64,000 nucleotides of DNA, from the NCBI GenBank assembly GCA_026986575.1, contig JALSOH010000009.1:1-64000 (forward strand), in the 5' to 3' direction. The position numbers were made by a program, and so were the translations under genes. The DNA comes from Thermoproteota archaeon. GTDB taxonomy: Archaea > Korarchaeota > Korarchaeia > Korarchaeales > Korarchaeaceae. Below, in pieces: positions 1 to 8,583 of this stretch (positions within the stretch are counted from its first letter, which is position 1; every line of letters begins with the position of its first letter). The notes beneath the pieces were generated by a model. That model saw nothing but the letters and a program-made list of their open reading frames with translations, did no database searches and was not told the DNA's origin.

Positions 1-344
1 CTCCCGATCAGCCTCTCTATCTCCTTCAGGATCCTCGGATCCTCCAGATCCTTTATCTCCCTATCTATCAGGTTCAGGTGGGGGCGAGTGTTCACTTCTA
101 TCCGCGTCTCCCCCTCCACATGGAATATCTCCAAGAGCCCCAGCTTCTTCATCGTGAGTACGTTTGAGTAGAGGGTCGAGAAGCTTAGCGTCGGGAATTC
201 CGACCTCACTTCCTCGAATATCTTCTTAAGGGAGGGATGAGATGGACCCAGCTTCTCTATAACCTCCAGAAGGCGCATTCTCTGTGGTGTGAGCCTGAGA
301 CCCGCTTCCTTCAGCTTGCTTACCGCCAGCTCCTTCCAGCTCAC
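1..344 (-). CDS. Fur/PerR-family transcriptional regulator (3' end runs off the window)
   Basis: Not in the ORF track. Manual translation from GTG at 344 (GAGGAGGTG RBS upstream) gives MSWKELAVSKLKEAGLRLTPQRMRLLEVIEKLGPSHPSLKKIFEEVRSEFPTLSFSTLY, matching the Fur-family 'GLRLTPQR...HPS...S.STLY' winged helix. Divergent from dpsL. Confidence 0.9.
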   Translation of the reverse strand, partial: MSWKELAVSKLKEAGLRLTPQRMRLLEVIEKLGPSHPSLKKIFEEVRSEFPTLSFSTLYSNVLTMKKLGLLEIFHVEGETRIEVNTRPHLNLIDREIKDLEDPRILKEIERLIG

Positions 345-395
345 GGGGTTACACCTCCTCCTCGAGTATAAAAACTAACACTACTTAATAGTAAC

Positions 396-407
396 TTCTA
401 ATTAGAA
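396..407. promoter_or_regulatory. Perfect palindrome TTCTAATTAGAA between fur and dpsL; candidate Fur/PerR operator
   Basis: 12-bp palindrome in the AT-rich divergent promoter region. Function is inferred from the adjacent regulator. Confidence 0.5.
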
Positions 408-447
408 ATATTTATTAATTAGCAATGTCTTCTGTCTCGGTGATGGC

Positions 448-999
448 ATGCCCGAGAGGAACAGGAAACTGATCGAGGCGGCGGGAATAGACATCCAGAA
501 GCTTCTTGATCTACTGGTGAGGGCTGCGGCCGCGGAGTTCACCACCTATTATTACTACACGATTCTGAGAAACCATGCAACTGGTGTAGAGGGAGAATCG
601 ATAAAGGAGATAGTGGAGGACGCTAGAATAGAGGACAGGAACCACTTCGAGGCCCTCGTGCCCAGAATTTACGAGCTGGGTGGAGATCTCCCCAAGGACA
701 TAAGAGAGCTCGCGGACAAGGCGGCCTGCATGGACGCCTACCTGCCGGGGGAACCCACAGTAGAGAACATACTCAAGGTCCTGCTGGAGGCGGAGAGATG
801 CGCCGTGTCGATCTACACCCAGATATGTGAGTACACCCATGGCAAGGATCCGAGGACCTACGACCTCGCTCTAGCGATCCTACACGAGGAGATAGAGCAC
901 GAGGCGTGGTTCGAGGAGCTGTTAACCCGCAAACCAAGCGGCCACTTCAGGAGGAACAGGCCTGGGGAAAGCCCTTACGTATCAAAGTTCCTGAGGTGA
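448..999 (+). CDS. dpsL: DPS-like ferritin-superfamily protein (DpsL)
   Basis: [34 protein letters not shown] and [10 protein letters not shown] diiron motifs; C-terminal [17 protein letters not shown] typical of archaeal DpsL. Confidence 0.93.
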   Translation: MPERNRKLIEAAGIDIQKLLDLLVRAAAAEFTTYYYYTILRNHATGVEGESIKEIVEDARIEDRNHFEALVPRIYELGGDLPKDIRELADKAACMDAYLPGEPTVENILKVLLEAERCAVSIYTQICEYTHGKDPRTYDLALAILHEEIEHEAWFEELLTRKPSGHFRRNRPGESPYVSKFLR

Positions 1000-1156
1000 A
1001 GTGAGTGACCTCTCTTTCATCTTACCCCCCTACCTTACCCTTTTTGAATCGCTGCGATCCGGTCATATCTCTCACTTCCCTCGGATGACTCGCGGGTAGG
1101 ACCATCTTGCTCGATTAGTGGGAAATCTTAAATTCCCATCAACCCTAGATGGGACG

Positions 1157-1402
1157 ATGAATTTCGTGATCGAGGTGGATGAGAGGGGGAGGATCACGAT
1201 CCCCAAGAGGGTGAGGAACTCCCTCAGGATAGGTCGGAAGGTCAGGATGAGGGTTGAGGGCGACAGAATAATAATAGAGCCAATCGAGGATCCTCTAGAT
1301 GAGTTATCCGACCTCGTGAAGGGATCTAAGCTCAGCTCCAACAGGGCAGAGGAGATAGGGAGAGTAGCCTCGGGACAACTTCTCGAGGAGGCTCGACGAT
1401 GA
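1157..1402 (+). CDS. AbrB/MazE/SpoVT-family antitoxin
   Basis: VDERGRITIPKRVR motif; overlaps the PIN gene by ATGA. ATG 1157 preferred over GTG 1118, which lies inside the operator. Confidence 0.88.
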   Translation: MNFVIEVDERGRITIPKRVRNSLRIGRKVRMRVEGDRIIIEPIEDPLDELSDLVKGSKLSSNRAEEIGRVASGQLLEEARR

Positions 1403-1806
1403 AATGGATGGTGGAAACCGATATAATCTTCTCAGCGATATACAGAGAGGATCCCAACCACAATCTCTCTAGGGAGGTCCTCAAGGGACTTAGGAGGGTA
1501 GCCTTATCCCCGTACTCCCTTATGGAACTGGATCTCCTCATAAGATCAGGTAATCTGGAAGTGGAGAGTTACGAAGAGTTCTGGAGTTCCTTCGGTGAGT
1601 TCCTGAGTCAGTACGGAGTTAAGCTGATACCCTCCAAGCCATCGCACTTCTTGGAGGCTGAAGTGGTGAGGAAGACTCATGGCCTGTCCTATTTAGACAG
1701 CCTCCATGCAGCTGCAGCGATCCACGAGGGTGCGACGCTGATCAGCTACGATGAGTCTTACTCCAGAGTCGGCGGGCTCAGGCACATCCATCCAAAGGAA
1801 CTGTAG
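1399..1806 (+). CDS. PIN-domain (VapC) toxin
   Basis: MVETDIIFS...ELDL...SYLDSLHAAAA...LISYD acidic PIN pattern. Confidence 0.9.
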   Translation: MKWMVETDIIFSAIYREDPNHNLSREVLKGLRRVALSPYSLMELDLLIRSGNLEVESYEEFWSSFGEFLSQYGVKLIPSKPSHFLEAEVVRKTHGLSYLDSLHAAAAIHEGATLISYDESYSRVGGLRHIHPKEL

Positions 1807-2068
1807 GGCTATCATCGGAGGACACTTGGTAGCTTTCCCATTTGGAGTTGATGCCGGACCGGATCGAGATTTCACCGTCCGGATTGAGAGTCCGCGGTGT
1901 CCATTCACCCTTCCCCCTCCTCCATCTCCTGTGTGCATCTTTCGACCATCCAAGGCCCGCCTGAACGTGTCCCTTTTCCTTAGGATACCAGAAAGGGAAA
2001 GCCGCTATTATCACCGCCAGTATGATCACTAGGAGGAACCTTATCGCCTCCCACCTCTTACTCTTCAT
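1778..2068 (-). CDS. Small single-TM hypothetical protein
   Basis: MKSKRWEAIRFLLVIILAVIIAAFPFWYP: basic N-terminus plus one hydrophobic helix, GGTGA RBS upstream. The C-terminus is doubtful because it overlaps the PIN gene. Confidence 0.4.
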   Translation of the reverse strand: MKSKRWEAIRFLLVIILAVIIAAFPFWYPKEKGHVQAGLGWSKDAHRRWRRGKGEWTPRTLNPDGEISIRSGINSKWESYQVSSDDSPTVPLDGCA

Positions 2069-2167
2069 GCGATCCCCGGGGGCGCGATTCGGTTCCACAT
2101 TAATGTTCTTACGGACGTTTTGTCCATGACTGTACCCTAAAAAAGGAAGATATGGAAGTGTGGGCAA

Positions 2168-3754
2168 TCACTCCTTCTCTGGCAGGAAGAGACCCAACAC
2201 ATTCCTCAGACCGAACGTCTTTATCACATTCAGAAGGAAGGCTAGGAAACCAAGGGCCATCAGGGCGCCGAAGAACCACGCCCCGGCCATGTAGGGCAAG
2301 TACCTGTCGGTGAAGTAGAGGGTCCTCCTGAGCATTCCCTCCCTCCAAGCTAGCCCCATGGAGAGGGACATCCCAATACCGCCGATGACCCACAGCCAGA
2401 AGTGAATATTCCCCAGCTTCTCGTCCAGCTCCACGTTTGCCAGCATAGGGGTGAGCGCGTAAATGGCAGCGAACAGAATGCTGCTCAGCCCTGTCAGAAG
2501 GGTCTCGTGGAAGTGGAAGCCAGGGACCCACTGGGTGTTATGTATTATCACATTAAGCCCGTAGTTGGCCTGTATGAGGCCGGCCATTCCTCCTAACAGG
2601 AAGCCCACGATCCCTCCAAGCATGAACTTAATCGGCAGCGTTAACTTGAGGGGTCTGGCAAGCCAGAGGGTCATGAGCGCAGTGAAGAAGGTAAGGCCCA
2701 TGGTGAAACCCTCTCCCCAAGTTATGAACTGGCCACTGAAGAGCCTCAGGAACCAGGGTTGAGGCCTGTCTGAGAGCAGGTGGTGGCTCCATACACCCAT
2801 CGAGACTATCAGGTCGGCCAGTATGATGTACCTGACGACCTCCTCCGCGTAAAGCTTCCTGTTGGCCAGCAGGGGAGCGAGGAGATAGAGGGTTCCCGCG
2901 GTCCAGATGAGCACATCTCCATCGGCTATCATGTCGAGGCCCCACCAGTAGATGTTCTTGTAGATCAGCGGGTCTATCACGAGGGGGTTGATGGGACCCA
3001 CGAGCATCCTGTAGAGCATGAAGCCCGCTATTAACGCTCCCGCCCCCGCCAGCACCACGGCATTTATCACGGCATCTATTGAGCCTCTGAAGACGGCGAC
3101 CACGAAGACGGGCAGCTTTTCGGGCTCTCCCTTACCGTCGGTTAGCATAGGCCTCCCTATCCCCAGTCCGAGCTTCACTCTATTCACGAATCCGGTGATC
3201 AGCTTTAGAAAGCCGCCCAGACCGAAGGAAGCGAGCAGCATGGCAGCGACAGCCGATCTCGTGCTGAGGCCGGGCTTGGATACCCTGAGAATGGTGGCGA
3301 ATATGTTGAAGAGGAAGAGGAGTACCGAGATCTCCGTCAAGATCAATCCTAGAGAGAAGGTTAGGGCACCTGGTTCCGGGAAGTGCACGGGCAGGGGCCA
3401 GTATATGGTGTACAGGGAGCCGTAGTAGAACAGGAATCCTGAGAACCAAATAATGAGGACGCCAGCTGCTTGCAACCAGAGGTTGATGGATGCCAGCCTG
3501 ATGCTGAAGAGCTCTCTCTTGAGGAGAGTTGGTACTAGGAAGAAGAATGCACCCATCACCGCCATGTAGGCCCATCCGTAGGTGCCCACCAAAGGATGAA
3601 CGGTCATCACCGCGTAGTAGTGATGCTCGTCGATGAAAGGTATGTTCAGTAGCCTAGTACGCATCATCATACCCTCTATACCCGCGAGAGCGAGGAAGAG
3701 GGAAGCTACCACCACGTACCTGAGTGTCAGCTTCTCTAAGGTGAGCTTACTCAT
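2168..3754 (-). CDS. Heme-copper oxidase superfamily subunit I, B-family-derived, atypical active site (gNOR-like putative NO reductase)
   Basis: About 12 TM helices with His ligands TVHP, WSHH and GFHFH, plus HNTQW and MLRR. Helix VI reads YWWGLDMIADGD instead of WW.GHP.VY. Start set at ATG 3754. Confidence 0.88.
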   Translation of the reverse strand: MSKLTLEKLTLRYVVVASLFLALAGIEGMMMRTRLLNIPFIDEHHYYAVMTVHPLVGTYGWAYMAVMGAFFFLVPTLLKRELFSIRLASINLWLQAAGVLIIWFSGFLFYYGSLYTIYWPLPVHFPEPGALTFSLGLILTEISVLLFLFNIFATILRVSKPGLSTRSAVAAMLLASFGLGGFLKLITGFVNRVKLGLGIGRPMLTDGKGEPEKLPVFVVAVFRGSIDAVINAVVLAGAGALIAGFMLYRMLVGPINPLVIDPLIYKNIYWWGLDMIADGDVLIWTAGTLYLLAPLLANRKLYAEEVVRYIILADLIVSMGVWSHHLLSDRPQPWFLRLFSGQFITWGEGFTMGLTFFTALMTLWLARPLKLTLPIKFMLGGIVGFLLGGMAGLIQANYGLNVIIHNTQWVPGFHFHETLLTGLSSILFAAIYALTPMLANVELDEKLGNIHFWLWVIGGIGMSLSMGLAWREGMLRRTLYFTDRYLPYMAGAWFFGALMALGFLAFLLNVIKTFGLRNVLGLFLPEKE

Positions 3755-3755
3755 G

Positions 3756-4229
3756 CTAACCCCCTCTCGAGACCTGAATGGCCCCCTCAACGAACATGTA
3801 GGGATGCTGCGGGCCAGAGTACTCGGTGGACCTCACGGTGTAGTAGCCGGGCTTATCGAAGATCCATATAATGGAGTTCTCGTACTTCGGGACCACTTGC
3901 ATCTGGAATACCATCCTGCCCTCGGGATCGAAGACCCCGAAGCCGTAGGTGAGGTCCTCGCTCGTCGCCACGAACTTCACCGGCACTCCTGCCTCTATTG
4001 AGATGGTCCCGGCCTTGAGCGGCTTCAACCCATTTCCCTCCACCAGGAAGAACTTGTGGCCTTTTATGTGGACTCTGACGATTTGCTTGGGCTGCGGGGG
4101 ATTGAACAGGTCCCAGTGGACCCACGGGACGAGAGGCGAGAGGGTCACGACATTGAAAACTATGGCCACTAGCGCTATTATGCCCAGCCATATCTTCTCC
4201 TCCCTCTCCATCTTGACCACTTCAATCAC
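3756..4229 (-). CDS. Heme-copper oxidase subunit II homolog (cupredoxin fold) lacking CuA ligands
   Basis: One N-terminal TM helix. DLTYGF and STEYSGPQHPYM replace DV.HGF and C.EYCG..H..M. Confidence 0.88.
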   Translation of the reverse strand: MIEVVKMEREEKIWLGIIALVAIVFNVVTLSPLVPWVHWDLFNPPQPKQIVRVHIKGHKFFLVEGNGLKPLKAGTISIEAGVPVKFVATSEDLTYGFGVFDPEGRMVFQMQVVPKYENSIIWIFDKPGYYTVRSTEYSGPQHPYMFVEGAIQVSRGG

Positions 4230-4339
4230 CTCTTAGGTTTGGTCAGCTTTCTGGCATACCACGCCATGAACAGCATGACACCGGCGGCGTAGATCAGGTA
4301 AAACAGGTCGATGGCGTCCACAACGCTGAGCTGCAGCAT
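4226..4339 (-). CDS. 37-aa single-TM peptide; candidate subunit IIa-like accessory subunit
   Basis: Not in the ORF track. MLQLSVVDAIDLFYLIYAAGVMLFMAWYARKLTKPKR with AGGTG RBS; its TGA overlaps the GTG start of subunit II (GTGA coupling). Confidence 0.75.
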   Translation of the reverse strand: MLQLSVVDAIDLFYLIYAAGVMLFMAWYARKLTKPKR

Positions 4340-4386
4340 AGCGACACCTGATAACTATTGTCTTTACGTGTCAAATTAATATAGTG

Positions 4387-4462
4387 CGAACATGTTCGGT
4401 AAAAAATTTTGAAAAACGCTAGGGTTATATTGTATCTGGAAGATTATGACATGAGTCATAAT
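4387..4462. promoter_or_regulatory. Two inverted repeats in the divergent promoter: CGAACATGTTCG (4387-4398) and ATTATGAC-atga-GTCATAAT (4443-4462)
   Basis: Both are directly visible between the oxidase operon and the HTH-10 regulator. Confidence 0.55.
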
Positions 4463-5042
4463 GATGGTATGCTCCTCAGACCTTCCTGAGGGCTGCTGGC
4501 TCGGGGACCTAACTAGGGAACATCCCAAGGTGAGGGCTAAGGTGCTCTCCCTCTTCACGCGGCCTGGCGCTTGCACCTTCTCGCTGGTGCTGCTGACTCC
4601 TAGGGATGAGGAGGTCCTCTCCTACGTCAAGTCCCATAGAGCGGTTAAGGAGGTGAGGGACGAGGGCTCTTCAGTCATGAGGGTGAAGCATTACTGTCCT
4701 CTAGCTGAGATATTCGAGGCGACCGAACCGCCTCATCTCCCCTTCTCGGTGAGGATGGGAAGGGCCGAGTGGCATCACGCTCGAGAGTTCAAAGACCTCT
4801 GGGAGGCACTGAGGAGGAAAGGCCTCAAGGTTTCGGTCAGGAGGGAGAGGGGAAGGAAGCTGACCAAGAGGCAGAGGGAGATCCTGCTGAGGGCAATAGA
4901 GGAAGGATACTACGACTTCCCGAGGAGGGTGACCCTCTCGGAACTGGCGGAGAGGCTGGGCATCTCGAAGTCGTACCTTTCTGAGACGCTGATGAAGGTG
5001 GAGAGCAAGCTTCTACCCGAAGCCTTGCTGCATCACACCTGA
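4461..5042 (+). CDS. HTH-10 (bacterio-opsin activator type) transcriptional regulator
   Basis: C-terminal LTKRQREILLRAIEEGYYDFPRRVTLSELAERLGISKSYLSETL; N-terminal domain contains several Cys/His. Confidence 0.9.
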   Translation: MMVCSSDLPEGCWLGDLTREHPKVRAKVLSLFTRPGACTFSLVLLTPRDEEVLSYVKSHRAVKEVRDEGSSVMRVKHYCPLAEIFEATEPPHLPFSVRMGRAEWHHAREFKDLWEALRRKGLKVSVRRERGRKLTKRQREILLRAIEEGYYDFPRRVTLSELAERLGISKSYLSETLMKVESKLLPEALLHHT

Positions 5043-5046
5043 ACGG

Positions 5047-5487
5047 CTAATCTCCCGTTTTGGATCTCAGATATTCCCTGACGTACCCCGAAAATAGTTC
5101 TAAATCATCCAATTTCGTTTTTAAGAACTCCAAAAGTTTGTTCAAGTCGAGCTCACTGTACTGACGGGCTAGGATGTTCCTGAAACCAGGTATCTGAGCC
5201 AATCGGGTGGAGAAGTCTCTAGGAACTACTCCCATTTCACCCAACCTTAAGAAGGCCTCTCTGTAGGTTTCAGGCATTTCAACTCCTTCCTCAGAGATTG
5301 TCATCTCGCTTATGTCTATCGCAGCCTCTATAGCTATCTGGAAGTTTCTCTCGATGGCGCTTCTTAGCTCATAGTTACTCTGGAGGTCCTCTAAGGTGAT
5401 GTTCCGCCTGCTCCTCAAGTAATTCAGTGAGATCTCGAGATATCTTAGCTTCTCAGACACCTTCTCCCTGAAGAACATGTCTCTCAC
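5047..5487 (-). CDS. HepT-like (DUF86) HEPN RNase toxin; RX4H motif altered
   Basis: AIERNFQIAIEAAID...PETYREAF...GFRNILARQY (His replaced by Arg). Confidence 0.88.
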   Translation of the reverse strand: MRDMFFREKVSEKLRYLEISLNYLRSRRNITLEDLQSNYELRSAIERNFQIAIEAAIDISEMTISEEGVEMPETYREAFLRLGEMGVVPRDFSTRLAQIPGFRNILARQYSELDLNKLLEFLKTKLDDLELFSGYVREYLRSKTGD

Positions 5488-5867
5488 CTAGAGAGGATAA
5501 ATTCGGCCCTCCTACTGTCGTAATACCCCCTGTCCAAGTAGGTCCTCAGGGTGCGATAGATGAACTCCTTCCTCACCCTCTCGTCCCTAGAGAAGAGGAG
5601 CCTGCCCTTCAGCACCTCAAATGCCAGTCTGTAACCGGCGGTATTGAGCAGAACGACATCCACTTTGACATCCCTGAAGCTCAGGCGGCTGGCTATGTCC
5701 AAGAAGGTGTCCCACATGGCGTCTTGGGGTAGGGATGGATCGAGGTAGACAGCAACATCGACGTCACTCAGCTTCCCCGCCTCACCCCTAGCGTGGGACC
5801 CAAACAGGTAGGCGAAGATCACCTCGTCGCAATCCTTTAAGACCTTGACTATTTTCTCTACGAGCAT
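5484..5867 (-). CDS. MntA-type minimal nucleotidyltransferase antitoxin
   Basis: YLFGSHARGEAGKLSDVDVAV...VDVV; coupled to HepT. Confidence 0.9.
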   Translation of the reverse strand: MLVEKIVKVLKDCDEVIFAYLFGSHARGEAGKLSDVDVAVYLDPSLPQDAMWDTFLDIASRLSFRDVKVDVVLLNTAGYRLAFEVLKGRLLFSRDERVRKEFIYRTLRTYLDRGYYDSRRAEFILSR

Positions 5868-6015
5868 CCTCCCTCGGTCTATTTTTCAGACGCAAGTAAA
5901 AACGTATCTCTTTGACGTGAGCTTTGCGTCTCCAAGTCTGCTGCGTGCCAGTATCTACCCACCCAAAAAAGTAATGGGAAAGGGACCAAGGTATCGGTAC
6001 CACCGGCTAGCGGTC

Positions 6016-6897
6016 CTAAGGAGCTATCCCCTCCAGTATTCCCAGTCTGACGCCCTCCTCCCTGCATATCGCTATGGCCGTCGAGTAAAGCCTATCCTGA
6101 TACTCCTTAGAGGGGTAGCTCCCTCTAAATATCCTCCGATATCGATAAACGGAGTCCGGAAACCTAGATCTCACTACCCCGAGGAAGGTCCTTTTCAGGC
6201 TTCCCGGCAGGGTGAGAGCGCCCACGAAAACGTAGCTCGCTCTTCTCTTCCTAGCCTCCCTAATGGCCCGTCTTAACTCGTCCTCTCCATCGCTCAGGGA
6301 AGGTATCACCGGAATGAAAGCGACACCCGCCCCTATCCCCTCATCCCTCAGCCTCTCCAGAGCCTCAAACCTCTCGGAGGGGGAGGGGGCTCCGGGCTCT
6401 AGGAACTTGGCCAGTTCATCGTCAATGGTTGACATGGATATGGTGACCAGGGCACCGCTCACCCTGCCTTCTAGGTCGGGTGGGAGAACGGCCTTGCCAG
6501 CTATCTCCGCTAGCAGGTCCGAGTCCCTAGTGACTAGGGTGGACTTAGTGAGGACGTGCACGGGGAACCTGTAATGGGAGATGACGCTGAGCACCTTCCT
6601 CGTTATCTCCAGCTTCCTCTCTACCTCCATGTAGGGTTCCGTTGACGTGCCCAACGCTATGAACCCGTACTCCTTTCTAGAAGCCCTCCTCCTCAGCTGT
6701 CTGTCCAGCACCTCCGGCGCGTTCACCTTCGCGGCCAGCCTGTGTGGCTCCCTCCCGTAACTCCCTCCCCTAGTGTAGCAGTAGATGCACGCGAATTGGC
6801 AACCGTAGTAGGGGTTCACCGAGTAATCGTCGAGGAACCAGCTGTCCCACCTCTTATGCTTGTTCAGGACGCTCTTCACCCTGACCTTGGGGATCAA
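6016..6897 (-). CDS. Radical SAM protein, spore-photoproduct-lyase-like family
   Basis: NPYYGCQFACIYCY (CX3CX2C), TEPY..E, LTKS..V.RD, LEPGAPSPSERF. Confidence 0.88.
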   Translation of the reverse strand: MIPKVRVKSVLNKHKRWDSWFLDDYSVNPYYGCQFACIYCYTRGGSYGREPHRLAAKVNAPEVLDRQLRRRASRKEYGFIALGTSTEPYMEVERKLEITRKVLSVISHYRFPVHVLTKSTLVTRDSDLLAEIAGKAVLPPDLEGRVSGALVTISMSTIDDELAKFLEPGAPSPSERFEALERLRDEGIGAGVAFIPVIPSLSDGEDELRRAIREARKRRASYVFVGALTLPGSLKRTFLGVVRSRFPDSVYRYRRIFRGSYPSKEYQDRLYSTAIAICREEGVRLGILEGIAP

Positions 6898-6903
6898 GCA
6901 GGA

Positions 6904-7035
6904 TCACTCCCTCGGTTCGAATGCCTTCTTGGGACACTGGTCGGCTGGCATATCAGCGGGAACCACGTGACCGAAGCAGTCTCCCTTACTCTCATCAATC
7001 GGCTTGTACCACTTGCAATCCTTGCACGTGTACAT
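6904..7035 (-). CDS. 43-aa four-cysteine protein (putative Fe-S/Zn-binding)
   Basis: Not in the ORF track. MYTCKDCKWYKPIDESKGDCFGHVVPADMPADQCPKKAFEPRE with a GGAGGTGA RBS; fills the gap between the AbrB and rSAM genes. Confidence 0.8.
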   Translation of the reverse strand: MYTCKDCKWYKPIDESKGDCFGHVVPADMPADQCPKKAFEPRE

Positions 7036-7039
7036 CCCA

Positions 7040-7321
7040 TCACCTCCCTTCCCTCATCTTATCCTTAACCTTGAGGAAGAACTCTTCATCCTCGAGGAGC
7101 ATACTCATGAGCTCGTCCATCTTGTCCAGCTTTATGAGCACTATACCTGCGCCGTCCATCCTCCTGAGGACTAGAAGCTGATCTCCTTCTTTTATGTTTA
7201 GATCTGCTCTCAGATCGGCGGGAATGGATATCTGACCCTTGGATGTGACAGTCACCACTCCGTAGACGATCCTCTTCTTTCCCTCGGTGCACACACCCTT
7301 ACTCGAATTTTCCTTACTCAT
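7040..7321 (-). CDS. AbrB/SpoVT-family DNA-binding regulator
   Basis: YGVVTVTSKGQISIPADLRADLNIKEGD. The true start may be a GTG near 7293. Confidence 0.85.
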   Translation of the reverse strand: MSKENSSKGVCTEGKKRIVYGVVTVTSKGQISIPADLRADLNIKEGDQLLVLRRMDGAGIVLIKLDKMDELMSMLLEDEEFFLKVKDKMREGR

Positions 7322-7355
7322 GAGTATACTCCTTACTTATCTTACTTTTCTTACT
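7298..7355. repeat. Five CTTACT direct repeats; candidate AbrB operator array
   Basis: CTTACT at 7298, 7313, 7332, 7341 and 7350; the last three have a 9-bp period. Confidence 0.6.
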
Positions 7356-7483
7356 TAAAAGCACTGCGATCAGTTCAGGAAAACGATACTTGACGGGGGA
7401 CCCCGTCTCAGGTGACACTGTGGCGCATTCTTTCGCGTTATCGTAACTCATTTATAGTGAAGCTGTGAGGTTCTCTAGAGTAA

Positions 7484-7915
7484 GTGCTCTCGGGGATTAA
7501 TTTGGTATCCCGTTTCGGGGACTGGATGAGACAGGCGGAAAGAAACTTGAAATCGGCTACTGCAAATTATGACGCGGAACTTTACGAGGAGGCGTGCTAT
7601 GAGGCCCATCAAGCAGCGGAAAAGGCCATGAAGGGACTTCTCAACCTTCTGAATCGGGAAAGGAGGGGCCACTCAATCTCATTCCTTGCACTGGAGAGCG
7701 GGCTAAAGGTCCCTGAAGAAGTCCTCAAGTGCTTGAAGTACCTAGACAAGCACTATATCCCCACTAGATATCCTGATGTCTACGATGAGGGAGCGCCATG
7801 CGATTATTATACGAGAGAGGACGCGGATAAATGTCTAGAATGCGCAAAGAAAGTGATGGAGTGGGTAATTGAGAATGCCCAAAGAATTAGGGGATCTCCT
7901 AGCTCGTTATCGTAG
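7484..7915 (+). CDS. HEPN-domain protein
   Basis: YEEACYEAHQAAEKAMKG...GHSI...YIPTRYPD. Confidence 0.9.
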   Translation: MLSGINLVSRFGDWMRQAERNLKSATANYDAELYEEACYEAHQAAEKAMKGLLNLLNRERRGHSISFLALESGLKVPEEVLKCLKYLDKHYIPTRYPDVYDEGAPCDYYTREDADKCLECAKKVMEWVIENAQRIRGSPSSLS

Positions 7916-8261
7916 GTTCAAGCCCAAGCTAGTTGTATTGTTTGGATCTAGGGCTAGAGGAGACTATACCGATAGCAGCGATTACGACATCTTGGTCGTT
8001 TCTGATGACCTTCCGAGGGATCCTAGAGAAGCTTTTGACTTACTCTATGACTTGGATTATCCAGATGTCTCTCCGATAGGTATGAACACAGCTTCCTTCC
8101 TCAGGAAGCTTGAGGAGGGCAGCACATTCATTCTAGAGATACTGGAAGATGGCAAAGTCCTTTTAGCCGATGAAGATTTTCTGAGAGAGGTGATGACAAA
8201 GTTCAAAGAGATCAGAGGGAGGTTTAAGCGAGAGGGGAAAACTTGGATCCTTGTTAGATGA
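7869..8261 (+). CDS. Minimal nucleotidyltransferase (MNT)
   Basis: LFGSRARGDYTDSSDYDILVVS. Confidence 0.9.
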   Translation: MRMPKELGDLLARYRRFKPKLVVLFGSRARGDYTDSSDYDILVVSDDLPRDPREAFDLLYDLDYPDVSPIGMNTASFLRKLEEGSTFILEILEDGKVLLADEDFLREVMTKFKEIRGRFKREGKTWILVR

Positions 8262-8583
8262 ATGAGTCAGAATGCTTTAGGACCCACGATGCAAAAGCTC
8301 CTCCCATCCGCTTAATTTGCTGATCGCACATCTCTCACGAGTTGTCTCTCCATCTCTCTTCCCGGTGAGATGATCGGCGAGTACCCCAGTATCTGCCACT
8401 ATAACGAGGGAAGTGATTTCCAAATATCAGAAGCGTTTTCTCGCTGCTCGCTAGAGGCAGGTCTTCTTGACCCTTGGGCTATGTGCAAACGCATCTAATA
8501 GTCTTTCAGAACCTCCTTGCTTTACGAAGAGACCGGATAGCGCGTGGTCCAAGTTTTAATCTTATGACACTTCCTCCTACGAG

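Noticed and set aside
2168-4229. Canonical ba3/cbb3 cytochrome c oxidase, or a pseudogene of one
   Set aside because: The helix-VI His/Tyr and the CuA ligands are absent, yet both frames are intact and the substitutions are coordinated (both Cys to Ser).
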